64,000 nucleotides of DNA, from positions 312,241-376,240 of the forward strand of contig JBEKVT010000001.1 in NCBI GenBank assembly GCA_049997795.1, written 5' to 3'. Positions 53,678 through 63,026 of the stretch are shown here, piece by piece (positions within the stretch are counted from its first letter, which is position 1; each line of letters opens with the position of its first letter). The DNA is from Minisyncoccia bacterium. GTDB lineage: Bacteria > Patescibacteriota > Minisyncoccia > Phycocordibacterales > PALSA-1337. Position numbers and translations under genes: made by a program. The notes under the pieces were generated by a model. That model was not told the origin of the DNA. It did no database searches and saw only the letters and a list, made by a program, of their open reading frames with translations.

Positions 53678-54688
53678 ATGAAGAACGAACCGCATCCAAA
53701 AAGGGATAAGAACGCCAAGGCATACACAGCCGTCGTGATCGGCGCCGGACGCATCGCCGCCGGTTTTGATACCCCGGAAAGCAAGGCCGTCTTGACTCAC
53801 GCCCACGCCCTTTCGCTTGACCACAAAATAAAACTGGCCGGCTTTTACGATATCGATCTTAATAAAGCCAGAGAAGCAGGGAAGACCTGGTCCGTGAAGG
53901 CATTTGAAAGCCTTGATGGCATGATGAAAGAAGTCCGACCCGATATCGTCGTCATCTGCACGCCAGATCCGACGCACGCCGAAATGTTGAAAAGAGCCCT
54001 GGATCACAAGCCAAGATTGGTCATATGCGAGAAGCCGCTGACAATACGGACCGATGATTCAAAGGATATCGTCAGTCAGTACAAAAAAGCCGGGATTCCC
54101 TTGATAGTCAACTATTCTCGGCGATTCGACGAGACCACGCGGAGGCTTCAAGACGATCTCAGAAAAGGGAAGTACGGCAAAGTCATCTCTGCCGTCGGCG
54201 CCTATTCGAGAGGCATCCTGCATAACGGTTCGCACATGATCGACTGGGCGCGCTTCCTATTCGGCGAATCGAGACAAATCAAGGCCCTTGGCGGTTATAA
54301 CGATTATGACAGCGCGGATATCACAGTCTCCGGATTTCTGGTCTTCGAACGCTGTCCGGAATTCCACCTGATCGCCGCCGACGGGCGATGCTACAGCCTC
54401 TTCGAACTTGAGGTGATCGCCGAGAAGGGAAGGATACGCCTTATTGATTCCGGTTCGATGATCGAAGCCCAGGACAGGATCGATGACCCGGCCTATAAAG
54501 GCTTCACTACCTTGAGCCAGGCGAAGCAGAGCCCCACTCATCTGTCCCAAGCGCTCGTGCGATTGTATGGACATGTAGCCGCGCATCTCGAGAGCGGAGA
54601 AGCTCTCATCTCTTCCGGAGAGGAAGCTCTCCGGACGCAAGAGATTTGCCAGACATTATTGGATCAGTACCGGGCGCTCGATAAATAA
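53678..54688 (+). CDS. Gfo/Idh/MocA family NAD(P)-dependent oxidoreductase
   Basis: IGAGRI, ICTP..TH, CEKP, NYSRRF and HNGSH..D. Confidence 0.92.
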   Translation: MKNEPHPKRDKNAKAYTAVVIGAGRIAAGFDTPESKAVLTHAHALSLDHKIKLAGFYDIDLNKAREAGKTWSVKAFESLDGMMKEVRPDIVVICTPDPTHAEMLKRALDHKPRLVICEKPLTIRTDDSKDIVSQYKKAGIPLIVNYSRRFDETTRRLQDDLRKGKYGKVISAVGAYSRGILHNGSHMIDWARFLFGESRQIKALGGYNDYDSADITVSGFLVFERCPEFHLIAADGRCYSLFELEVIAEKGRIRLIDSGSMIEAQDRIDDPAYKGFTTLSQAKQSPTHLSQALVRLYGHVAAHLESGEALISSGEEALRTQEICQTLLDQYRALDK

Positions 54689-54697
54689 GATATCTCT

Positions 54698-56023
54698 ATG
54701 GCTAATCCAAAAAATCCGAACAAGAAGTCCGTTCTGGCGATACGCGGCGGCAAGCCCGTGCGGACCGAGCTCTTCCCGTCGTGCCGGGTCATCGGCAAGG
54801 AGGAGAAAGAAGCGGCCTGCCGCGTCATAGACTCCGGGGTGCTTTCTCGTTACCTAGGCTGTTGGGATCCGGATTTCATGGGCGGGCCGGAAGTCCAGAT
54901 CCTGGAAAAGGAATGGGCTGAGCATTTCGGCGTGAAGCACGCCATCGCCGTCAATTCTGCCACGTCCGGATTGATCTCGGCCGTCGGGGCCATCGGCACG
55001 GAGCCGGGCGACGAGTTCATCGTCACCCCGTGGAGCATGTCCATCTCTGCCACAGCCCCGCTCTTTTACGGAGGCATACCCGTCTTCGCCGACATCGAGC
55101 CCGAGCATTTCTGCCTCGACCCGGAAGATGTCAGGCGCAAGATAACCCCGCGCACCAAGGCCATCATCGCCGTCGACTTATTCGGTCAGCCCTATGACGC
55201 CGATGCTATCAACCAGATCGCCAAAGAACATAATCTCATCGTCATCGAAGATGCCGCCCAGGCGCCCGGCGCCAAGTACAAGGGCCGCTATGCCGGCACG
55301 CTCGGAAACATAGGCGTATACTCGCTCAATTATCACAAGCATATACACACCGGCGAAGGAGGCGTGATAGTCACGAACGACGACGGGCTGGCCGACAGGC
55401 TGCGCCTCATCCGCAACCATGCCGAGGCCGTGGTCGGCGACAAGGGGAACAAAGACTTGGTCAACATGATCGGCTACAACTTCCGTCTCACGGAATTGAA
55501 CGCCGCTATCGCCAGAGAACAACTGAAGAAGCTGGAAAAGCTGAACGCCGAGCGCCAGAAGAACTGCGCGCATGTCGCAAAGCGCCTGGCGAAGCTTCCT
55601 GGGATCAAGCCGGCGCCGACAAGGAAAGGCGCGGATCACGTCTACTATTTCCAACCGTTCCTTTTCGACGAGAAGGTCGTCGGAGTCAGCCGAAAGAGCT
55701 TCCTCGAAGCGGTAAAAGCCGAGCTCAAGCCTTCTGAATTGCGCGAACAGGAAGGAGTGCTTCTCAATTATCCCTACGTCAAACCGCTCTACATGCTGCC
55801 GATATTCCAAAAGAGGATCGCCTTCGGAAAAGGCGGTTACCCATTCAACTTGGCCGGCAACCCGTTGAATTACGCCAAAGGCTTGTGCCCAAATGCCGAA
55901 CGATTGGACGAGAAGAGCTTCTTCTCCCACCAGCTCATGCGGCCCGGCTCGAGCCAGAAAGACCTCGATGACGTCTGCAAAGCATTCGAGAAAGTTTACG
56001 AGCACAGGCATGAATTATCATAA
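54698..56023 (+). CDS. DegT/DnrJ/EryC1/StrS family sugar aminotransferase
   Basis: VNSATSGL, IEDAAQA, SLNYHKHIHTGEGG and GYNFR. Confidence 0.93.
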   Translation: MANPKNPNKKSVLAIRGGKPVRTELFPSCRVIGKEEKEAACRVIDSGVLSRYLGCWDPDFMGGPEVQILEKEWAEHFGVKHAIAVNSATSGLISAVGAIGTEPGDEFIVTPWSMSISATAPLFYGGIPVFADIEPEHFCLDPEDVRRKITPRTKAIIAVDLFGQPYDADAINQIAKEHNLIVIEDAAQAPGAKYKGRYAGTLGNIGVYSLNYHKHIHTGEGGVIVTNDDGLADRLRLIRNHAEAVVGDKGNKDLVNMIGYNFRLTELNAAIAREQLKKLEKLNAERQKNCAHVAKRLAKLPGIKPAPTRKGADHVYYFQPFLFDEKVVGVSRKSFLEAVKAELKPSELREQEGVLLNYPYVKPLYMLPIFQKRIAFGKGGYPFNLAGNPLNYAKGLCPNAERLDEKSFFSHQLMRPGSSQKDLDDVCKAFEKVYEHRHELS

Positions 56024-56065
56024 GCGCGCATTATCAAAAGCATAACCAGCCATAATCTCATCATC

Positions 56066-56608
56066 ATGAAACAACCATTCTTAGTCGGCGAGCACGTCTA
56101 TCTCCGCGGCATCGAAGCCTCGGATGTCAATGAGGATTACCAGAGCTGGTTCAACGACGCCGAAGTCTGCCAATATAATTCGCATCACCGCTTCCCGAAC
56201 TATCGCCAAGACATGGAGGAATATTACAAGACGGTCATCAAGTCCAAGCATCATCTGATCCTGGCCATCATCGACAAGTCGAATGACAAGCACGTCGGCA
56301 ACATAAGCCTCCAGGAGATCGATCCCATCGACCGCTCGGCCGAATACGCCATCGTGATCGGCGACAAGAGCGTCTGGGGCAAGGGGCTGGGGAAAGAAGC
56401 GAGCAGGCTCATCCTCGCTCACGGCTTCGACGCCCTCGATCTGCACCGCATATACTGCGGCACGTCCTCGGAGAACGTCGGCATGCAGAAGCTCGCCGAC
56501 AACCTCGGCTTCAAGAAGGAAGGAGTCTCTAGGGAAGCCATGTTCAAGAACGGCGCCTTCCGCGACATCATCCATTACGGCATGCTAAAAGATGACTTCA
56601 AGAGATAA
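56066..56608 (+). CDS. RimJ/RimL-type GNAT N-acyltransferase (PseH-like role)
   Basis: HVGNI.L, WGKGLG and N......GF..EG. Confidence 0.88.
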   Translation: MKQPFLVGEHVYLRGIEASDVNEDYQSWFNDAEVCQYNSHHRFPNYRQDMEEYYKTVIKSKHHLILAIIDKSNDKHVGNISLQEIDPIDRSAEYAIVIGDKSVWGKGLGKEASRLILAHGFDALDLHRIYCGTSSENVGMQKLADNLGFKKEGVSREAMFKNGAFRDIIHYGMLKDDFKR

Positions 56609-57515
56609 AAAAAAGATACTGACGGTCTGCCACGACACCGGCAGCGCCGAGGTCGTTTCGGCTTACGCGGCGAAGAATCGCGGCCGCTTCAGCTTCGCCT
56701 CATACGCGGCCGGCCCGGCCGTGCCCGTCTTCGAGAGAAGGAAGCTCCGGTTCGCCGCCATAAGAGACATAAAGCATGCTCGAAACGAGGCGCGAGGAAT
56801 CCTTGAAAAGCACGCCGATGCCGTATTGCTCCTCTCCGGCACGAGCGGCGGCGGTTCCCCGCTCGAGACAGCTTTCATAAGAGAAGCCAAGCGGCGAGGC
56901 ATGCGGACGGCGAGCTTTCTAGAGCACTGGGTGAGCTACAGAGAGCGCTTTAGCTACCCGGCCGCCGGCTGGAGGAAGAATCTTCCCGACGAGATCTGGG
57001 TCGGCGACCGAGCCGCGGAGAGGATCGCCTGCCGGCTCTTTCCGATGAAGATCGTCAAGGTCAAGTTCGTGCCGAATCCTTATTTTGCCGAGATCAAGGA
57101 GCGCTTCAGGGCCTTGCACAAAAGGAAAGGCAGTCCGCGCGACATCCTTTATCTTTCTGATCCGGTAGGCTATGAGCGCGCCGTGCTGGAGGATCTGCTC
57201 CGCCTGCTCGTAAAGACCAAGTCCAGACGCGAGTTGATCATAAGGCTCCATCCGGTCGAACCGCGAGACAAATACATCGGCCTTGTGAAGAGATTCGGCG
57301 ACAAGCTCCGTATCAGGGAATCGAAAGGCGGAGATCTCCTTCAGGACATCGCCAAAAGCTCGCTCGTCGTGGGCGGCCGCTCGAATGCCCTCGTCCTGGC
57401 ATTCCTCTGCGGGAAAAAGGTGATCGGCGTCATCCCGTCGGGAGCCAAAGACAAGCCGTTGCCGTTCGAAGGCATCAAGAACGTGAAGAGGCTCTCCGCA
57501 AAGGATCTATCTTGA
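56592..57515 (+). CDS. Hypothetical GT-B-fold protein of a nonulosonic acid locus
   Basis: HD.G.A, EHW..Y.ERF, LPD.I.V.D, NPY, IRLHP.E and VVG..S.AL. Confidence 0.55.
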   Translation: MTSRDKKKILTVCHDTGSAEVVSAYAAKNRGRFSFASYAAGPAVPVFERRKLRFAAIRDIKHARNEARGILEKHADAVLLLSGTSGGGSPLETAFIREAKRRGMRTASFLEHWVSYRERFSYPAAGWRKNLPDEIWVGDRAAERIACRLFPMKIVKVKFVPNPYFAEIKERFRALHKRKGSPRDILYLSDPVGYERAVLEDLLRLLVKTKSRRELIIRLHPVEPRDKYIGLVKRFGDKLRIRESKGGDLLQDIAKSSLVVGGRSNALVLAFLCGKKVIGVIPSGAKDKPLPFEGIKNVKRLSAKDLS

Positions 57516-57549
57516 CGGATGTGATATTTTAATGTTAATTTATTAAACT

Positions 57550-58563
57550 ATGAAAACAGATTTCCTCAAAGGCAAGACAGTCCTCATAACCGGCGGCACG
57601 GGCTCGTTCGGCTCGAGCTTCAGCCGCTTCCTCCTAGAGAATTCCAAGATAAAGAAGCTCATCATCTTCTCCCGGGACGAATTCAAGCAGTTCCATCTCC
57701 AGAAGGAATTCGCCGAAGACGGCCGGGCCCGCTTCTTCCTGGGCGACGTGCGCGATCTACAAAGGCTCGAGAGGGCCTTCCACGGCGTCGACATCGTCGT
57801 CCACGCCGCGGCCCTGAAACAGGTCCCCATGCTCGAATACAACCCGTTCGAAGCGGTCAAGACCAACATCCTCGGCACCCAGAACGTCATCGACGCGGCC
57901 ATCGACTGTGGCGTGGACAAGGTCCTCCTCATCTCGACCGACAAGGCCGCTCAGCCGGTCAACCTGTACGGCTCGACCAAGCTCTGCGCCGAGAAGCTCG
58001 TCACCAACGGGAACTTCTTCGGGCGCGGCGCCACGAAGCTGAGCTGCGTCCGCTACGGCAATGTAATGGGGAGCCGCGGCAGCGTCGTCGAGATGCTCCT
58101 CAAGGAACCAAACCGGAAGATCGTAGAGATCACCGACATCGAGATGACCCGTTTCTGGATCACCCTGGAGCAGAGCTTCGAGCTCGTCCTCTTCGCCCTT
58201 TCGAACATGGAAGGCGGCGAGATCTTCGTGCCGCGCATCCCGAGCATGAAGCTTGTCGACCTGTTCTCGGCCTTGGCGCCCAAGGCCAAGAGGGAAGTCA
58301 TCGGCGTCCGGGCCGGCGAGAAAGTCCACGAGGTCCTCCTCACCCGCGAAGAGTCGCGCCATTCCATCGAATTGCCGGACTATTACGTCATCCTGCCGCA
58401 TTATGACGAAGAGATCTTCTCGATGAAAGACCGCTACAAGAAGCTCCTCGCCATGGGCGAGAAGCTCGAGGCCGGTTTCCATTACGCAAGCGATACCAAC
58501 TCCATGTGGCTTACCAAGAAAGATTTCGCGGCTCTGCTCAAGAAGAGCAAGGCTCTCAACTAA
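57550..58563 (+). CDS. pseB: UDP-N-acetylglucosamine 4,6-dehydratase (inverting)
   Basis: TGGTGSFG, FSRDEFKQ, HAAALKQVP, STDKA, YGSTK, RYGNVMGSRGSV and MTRFW. Confidence 0.93.
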   Translation: MKTDFLKGKTVLITGGTGSFGSSFSRFLLENSKIKKLIIFSRDEFKQFHLQKEFAEDGRARFFLGDVRDLQRLERAFHGVDIVVHAAALKQVPMLEYNPFEAVKTNILGTQNVIDAAIDCGVDKVLLISTDKAAQPVNLYGSTKLCAEKLVTNGNFFGRGATKLSCVRYGNVMGSRGSVVEMLLKEPNRKIVEITDIEMTRFWITLEQSFELVLFALSNMEGGEIFVPRIPSMKLVDLFSALAPKAKREVIGVRAGEKVHEVLLTREESRHSIELPDYYVILPHYDEEIFSMKDRYKKLLAMGEKLEAGFHYASDTNSMWLTKKDFAALLKKSKALN

Positions 58564-58564
58564 C

Positions 58565-59644
58565 ATGCCAAATAGTAGACAAGAGCGCTTCCCGAAGAGG
58601 ATCAAGATCGGCAACCGCTGGATCGGCGAAGGCGAGCCGGCTCTCATCATGGCCGACCTGGGCGCGAACTTCGATGGCAGCCTGGAAAAGGCCAAAAAGC
58701 TCGCCCTGGCGGTCAAGGAAGCCGGCGGCGACGTGGTCAAGATCCAGAGCTTCCTGGCGGACAAGATAGTCTCAGGCAAGGCCTTCGCCTCGATGAAATT
58801 GAAGGGCATCCACGGCTCCTGGGGCCGGCCGATCGAAGAGATCTTCAAGGAAGCCGAGTTCCCGAGGAAGTGGCACAAGGAATTCTTCGATTATTGCAGG
58901 AAGATCGGCATCGCCGTGTCGTCTTCGCCTTATGATTTCGAAGCCGTTGACCTCATGGAAGAGGCCGGCGTCGATTTCTACAAGATCGGCTCAGGCGACA
59001 TCACTTGGCACGAGATGCTCGAATACATCGCCAAGAAGGGCAAGCCGATGATCCTGGCGACGGGCGCCGCCACGCTCGCCGAGGTCGACGAGGCCGTCAA
59101 GGTCATCGAGTCGACCGGCAACAACGACCTGGTCCTCCTCCAGTGCATCACCAACTATCCTTCGAAGATCGAGAGCGCCAACATCAAGGTCATGGATATG
59201 TACGCCGAGGCCTTCGGCACCATCATCGGATATTCCGACCATACGCCGGGCGATACGGTCGTCCTGGGCGCCATAGCGAGAGGCGCCAAGGTCATCGAGA
59301 AGCATTTCACCCTGAACAAGAAGGACAAGGGTCCGGACCATCCTCACTCGATGGAGCCCAAGGAGTTCGCTCTCATGATGAAGCGCATCCGCGACATGGA
59401 GATAGCCCTCGGCACCGGCCGCAAAGAGGTGGTGGCCGAAGAGTTCGAGACGGTCATCGTCCAGCGCCGCGGCCTGTGCGCCCGCAAGGATCTTTCCAAG
59501 GATACCGTGCTTAAAATCTCCGATATCGTCGAGCTGCGTCCGGCCCTCGGCATACCGCCCAAGTGGAAGACCGTCGTCGCCGGCAAGAAGCTCAAGAGAT
59601 CCAGGAAGGCCGGCGAGCCGATAAGATGGGAAGATCTAGCGTAA
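58565..59644 (+). CDS. Nonulosonic acid synthase (NeuB/PseI family) with a SAF domain
   Basis: KIGSGD, LQCITNYP, GYSDHT, IEKHFT, GPDH and a C-terminal RR....RP..G SAF domain. Confidence 0.92.
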   Translation: MPNSRQERFPKRIKIGNRWIGEGEPALIMADLGANFDGSLEKAKKLALAVKEAGGDVVKIQSFLADKIVSGKAFASMKLKGIHGSWGRPIEEIFKEAEFPRKWHKEFFDYCRKIGIAVSSSPYDFEAVDLMEEAGVDFYKIGSGDITWHEMLEYIAKKGKPMILATGAATLAEVDEAVKVIESTGNNDLVLLQCITNYPSKIESANIKVMDMYAEAFGTIIGYSDHTPGDTVVLGAIARGAKVIEKHFTLNKKDKGPDHPHSMEPKEFALMMKRIRDMEIALGTGRKEVVAEEFETVIVQRRGLCARKDLSKDTVLKISDIVELRPALGIPPKWKTVVAGKKLKRSRKAGEPIRWEDLA

Positions 59645-59655
59645 AAGCCCGTTCC

Positions 59656-60243
59656 ATGACGGATCGCGAAAAATTCTTCGTGCTCCTATCTAACCTCCCG
59701 CTCAAGAAAGGGGAGGCCATCTTCCTCTTGGAAGGCGACGGTTACAATCGGGTGGCGCATGCCGCGAAGCTATACAAGCAAGGCCACGCCCCGAAGATAG
59801 TCATAACCGGCGGGGCCGTGAAGAGGGAATACGGCAGCTACCCCGCCTCGGAGCTCGAGATAGAGCTCCTCAAGCTCGGCATCCCCAAGGCAGACATAAT
59901 GCTCGAAGAGACCGCCGCGCACACGAGAGCGGAAGCGGACCGGGCCATGGAGATCGCGCGGGAGAACGGCTGGAAGATCATACTTGTGGCCACCTCGGCG
60001 CATCACCAATATCGCGCTTTCCTCACCTTCCTCAAGGCTATGCACGCGGCGGACATGGATATAATGATAATCAACGCGCCGGCTCGAGACCTTCCTTGGT
60101 TCAGCCTGAATCCGTGGGGAAAAAGGGCCGATCTCTTGGCCGAGGAGATGGAGCGCATCTTCGCTTACCAGGAAAAGGGCGACGTGGCAGGCTTCTCCGA
60201 AGGCATCAGATACCTGGAGCGGCTCGAAAAGGCGTCAAAATAA
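59656..60243 (+). CDS. YdcF/DUF218 family protein
   Basis: R...A..LY, ITGG, LGIP...I..E, HTRAEA and TS..HQYRA. Confidence 0.85.
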   Translation: MTDREKFFVLLSNLPLKKGEAIFLLEGDGYNRVAHAAKLYKQGHAPKIVITGGAVKREYGSYPASELEIELLKLGIPKADIMLEETAAHTRAEADRAMEIARENGWKIILVATSAHHQYRAFLTFLKAMHAADMDIMIINAPARDLPWFSLNPWGKRADLLAEEMERIFAYQEKGDVAGFSEGIRYLERLEKASK

Positions 60244-60891
60244 ATGGATATAAAGGAAGCGAAAAAGCTGTTCGGCAAGAACTTCGTCGGCCCGGAAGAG
60301 CTCGGGACTATCTCGAGCCGGCTCGGCATTCCTTCACCAGCAAGCCTCGGTCCGACTCCGAAGGTGTCTTTTTCGTCGACAGTCCTTAAAAAAGCCGCCG
60401 CCGATCACATCCTCATCCTGGGAATCCCGACCGATGCTAAGGGCGGAAGGCTCACCCTCGGTGCGATGCGCGCGTTCCTAGGCGTCGATCCGTCGAAGTC
60501 GGAGCCCTGTTTCTATAACCAGGACTGGTATCTGAAAGAGCCGTTCGCTTCGGAGCGGACGCTCGACTACAAGTGGTATTTGATCAAAAGAAACGTGGCC
60601 GACGAGACGCGCGCCATGGATCCTCTCGATCTCGAGAAAGACCTCGATAAGAGCGCCAGGTTCCCCTCGGCCATCCTGACCGCCTTCACTTTCTTCGCCT
60701 ATCATTTTGTGAACGGCGGCGAGACGCTCTGGAAGAACGATTTCATCTGGTGCGACGACAAGGATTTGAACGGCGATCGCATCTATACGGGTCGCTATGT
60801 CGACCCCAAGGGCATAAACAAGAACGGCTTCAATGTCCACCGGCACCTGTCGCTCAAGGAGAATTATGGAGCCGCTCCGGAGGTGGTATAG
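60244..60891 (+). CDS. Hypothetical protein
   Basis: 215-aa ORF directly abutting the DUF218 gene; host-like codon usage. Confidence 0.75.
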   Translation: MDIKEAKKLFGKNFVGPEELGTISSRLGIPSPASLGPTPKVSFSSTVLKKAAADHILILGIPTDAKGGRLTLGAMRAFLGVDPSKSEPCFYNQDWYLKEPFASERTLDYKWYLIKRNVADETRAMDPLDLEKDLDKSARFPSAILTAFTFFAYHFVNGGETLWKNDFIWCDDKDLNGDRIYTGRYVDPKGINKNGFNVHRHLSLKENYGAAPEVV

Positions 60892-60904
60892 TTCGATCAT
60901 CATC

Positions 60905-62224
60905 ATGGATAATAAGAAAACAGGAAAATCACAACAGCTCTGGCGCAAAGCCAAGAAGCTCATCCCGGGCGGCAGCCAGTTATTGAGCAAGCGGGCGGAG
61001 ATGTTCCTGCCGGAGCAGTGGCCGGCCTATTACAAGAAAGCCAAAGGCGCGGAGGTGACCGATCTCGACGGCAAGAAATACATAGACATGTCGCTCATGG
61101 GCGTGGGCGCCTGCGTCCTCGGATATGCCGACCCGGACGTGGACAAGGCCGTGAAGAAAGCCATAGACGCCGGTTCGATGTCGACGCTCAACGTCCCCGA
61201 GGAAGTCGAATTGGCCGAGCTCCTCATCTCCCTACATCCATGGATCGAGATGGTCCGCTACGCCCGGACCGGCGGGGAAGCCATGGCCGTGGCCGTGCGC
61301 ATCGCCCGGGCTTACTCGAAGAAGTCGAAGGTCGCCTTCTCCGGCTATCACGGCTGGCACGACTGGTACCTCTCGACCAACATCGGCGCCAAGGACAATC
61401 TGGCCGGCATCCATCTCGCCGGCCTAGAGCCTAGCGGCGTGCCCAAGGAGCTCAAGGATACTTCGATCCCTTTCCATTACAACGACATCGAGAGATTGCG
61501 CGCCATCGTCAAGGAGCACGACATCGGCGCGATCGTCCTCGAGCCGATGCGCCACCAGGAGCCTAAGGACGGTTTCTTGCAGGAAGTCAGGAAGATCGCC
61601 GACCGGATCGGGGCGGTCTTGGTCTTCGACGAGATCTCTTCCGGTTTCAGGATGCAGGTTGGCGGCATCCACGCGAAGTTCGGAGTGACGCCCGACATCG
61701 CCGTCTTCGGCAAGGCCATGAGCAACGGCTATCCCATGGCGGTCATCACCGGCAAGAAGCGCTTCATGGAAGCGGCCCAAGGAACGTTCATAAGCAGCAC
61801 ATACTGGACGGAGAAGATCGGACCGGCGGCCGCTCTCGCCACCATAAAGAAGATGCAAGAGAAAGATGTCCCGGCGCATATCGACAAGATCGGCAAGATG
61901 ATATGGAAGGGCTGGGAACAAGCGGCCAAGAAGCACGGGCTCGGCATCGTCGTCGAAGGGCCGACCGCCTTGGTCAATTTCGCTTTCAAATACAAGAATG
62001 TCCTGGAATTGAAGACCCTCTTCACCCAGGAGATGCTCCGGCTCGGCTTCCTGGCGGTCCCGATCGTCTACGTGAGCTACGCCCACACCGAAGAGCACGT
62101 CAAGAAGTATCTCGCGGCCGTAGACGAAGTCTTCGGGATCCTGGTTAAGGCTATAAAAGACGGGAACGTCCGCGGGAAGATCGACGGCCCGGTCTGCCAC
62201 GGCGGCTTCGAGCGCCTGACATGA
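60905..62224 (+). CDS. Class III aminotransferase (GSA-aminomutase-like, sugar-locus type)
   Basis: IPGGSQLLSK, TGGEA, GYHGWHDW, FDEISSGFR, FGKAMSNG and ISSTY; start ATG 60905. Confidence 0.9.
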   Translation: MDNKKTGKSQQLWRKAKKLIPGGSQLLSKRAEMFLPEQWPAYYKKAKGAEVTDLDGKKYIDMSLMGVGACVLGYADPDVDKAVKKAIDAGSMSTLNVPEEVELAELLISLHPWIEMVRYARTGGEAMAVAVRIARAYSKKSKVAFSGYHGWHDWYLSTNIGAKDNLAGIHLAGLEPSGVPKELKDTSIPFHYNDIERLRAIVKEHDIGAIVLEPMRHQEPKDGFLQEVRKIADRIGAVLVFDEISSGFRMQVGGIHAKFGVTPDIAVFGKAMSNGYPMAVITGKKRFMEAAQGTFISSTYWTEKIGPAAALATIKKMQEKDVPAHIDKIGKMIWKGWEQAAKKHGLGIVVEGPTALVNFAFKYKNVLELKTLFTQEMLRLGFLAVPIVYVSYAHTEEHVKKYLAAVDEVFGILVKAIKDGNVRGKIDGPVCHGGFERLT

Positions 62225-62958
62225 AGACCGTCGCCGTCATCCAGGCCCGCATGGGCTCGACGCGCCTCCCCGGGAAGGCGATGATGGAGATCCTCGGCAA
62301 GCCGGTCGTCCATTACGTATTCGAACGCGCCAAACAAGCGAAAGCCCTCGACGGAGTCTGGCTGGCGACGACCGTCGATCCGTCCGACGATGTGCTGGCG
62401 GCCTGGGCGGATAAGCAAAAGATCCCTTGTTATCGCGGCTCAGTCGAAGACGTGCTCGACCGTTATTATCAGGCGGCAAAAAAAGCCGGAGCCGATATCG
62501 TGGTCCGGCTGACGGGTGATTGTCCCTTGCTCGACCCCGGAGTGATAGACAGGGCAGTCAGCGAATACAAGAAGAGAGGCTGCGATTATCTCTCCACCGG
62601 CAGGCTGACCTCGACATTTCCGGACGGCCTCGATACGGAAGTCTTTTCTTTCGGCATCCTTGAAAGGGCCTGGAAAGAAGCCAAGATTAAGTCAGAACGC
62701 GAGCACGTCACCCCGTACGTCTGGAAGCACCCGGAGCTCTTCGAGGTCGCCGCCATCGACAACGACACCGACCTATCCAAGGAGCGTTGGACCATAGATA
62801 CCGCCCAGGACTTCGGATTGATAAAGAAGATCATCGAGTGGAGCGACGAGCACGGATCGGCGACCGACATGGCTTCGGTCATGAAGACTCTGGCCTCTCA
62901 TCCCGAATGGCGGGAGATGAACAGCGGGATCAAGAGGAACGAGGGCTATATTGAGTAA
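62221..62958 (+). CDS. SpsF/acylneuraminate cytidylyltransferase family protein (second copy)
   Basis: IQARMGSTRLPGK, RGS..DVLDRY, RLTGDCP, REHVT and RWTID. Confidence 0.9.
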   Translation: MKTVAVIQARMGSTRLPGKAMMEILGKPVVHYVFERAKQAKALDGVWLATTVDPSDDVLAAWADKQKIPCYRGSVEDVLDRYYQAAKKAGADIVVRLTGDCPLLDPGVIDRAVSEYKKRGCDYLSTGRLTSTFPDGLDTEVFSFGILERAWKEAKIKSEREHVTPYVWKHPELFEVAAIDNDTDLSKERWTIDTAQDFGLIKKIIEWSDEHGSATDMASVMKTLASHPEWREMNSGIKRNEGYIE

Positions 62959-63026
62959 TCGGCGCATATAAGATACTATGATGGGCGCTTCCGATTAACA
63001 GAGCGCCCTCTGAACATCATACATAC

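Noticed and set aside
60905-62224. hemL (tetrapyrrole biosynthesis)
   Set aside because: It has GYHGWHDW rather than the HemL-type motif, no hem genes are nearby, and it is coupled to an SpsF-like gene.
62982-63008. Hairpin GGGCGCT...AGCGCCC upstream of the ligase gene as a riboswitch or ops element
   Set aside because: A single short stem with no U-tract and no ops (GGCGGTAG) or aptamer consensus; not enough to call.
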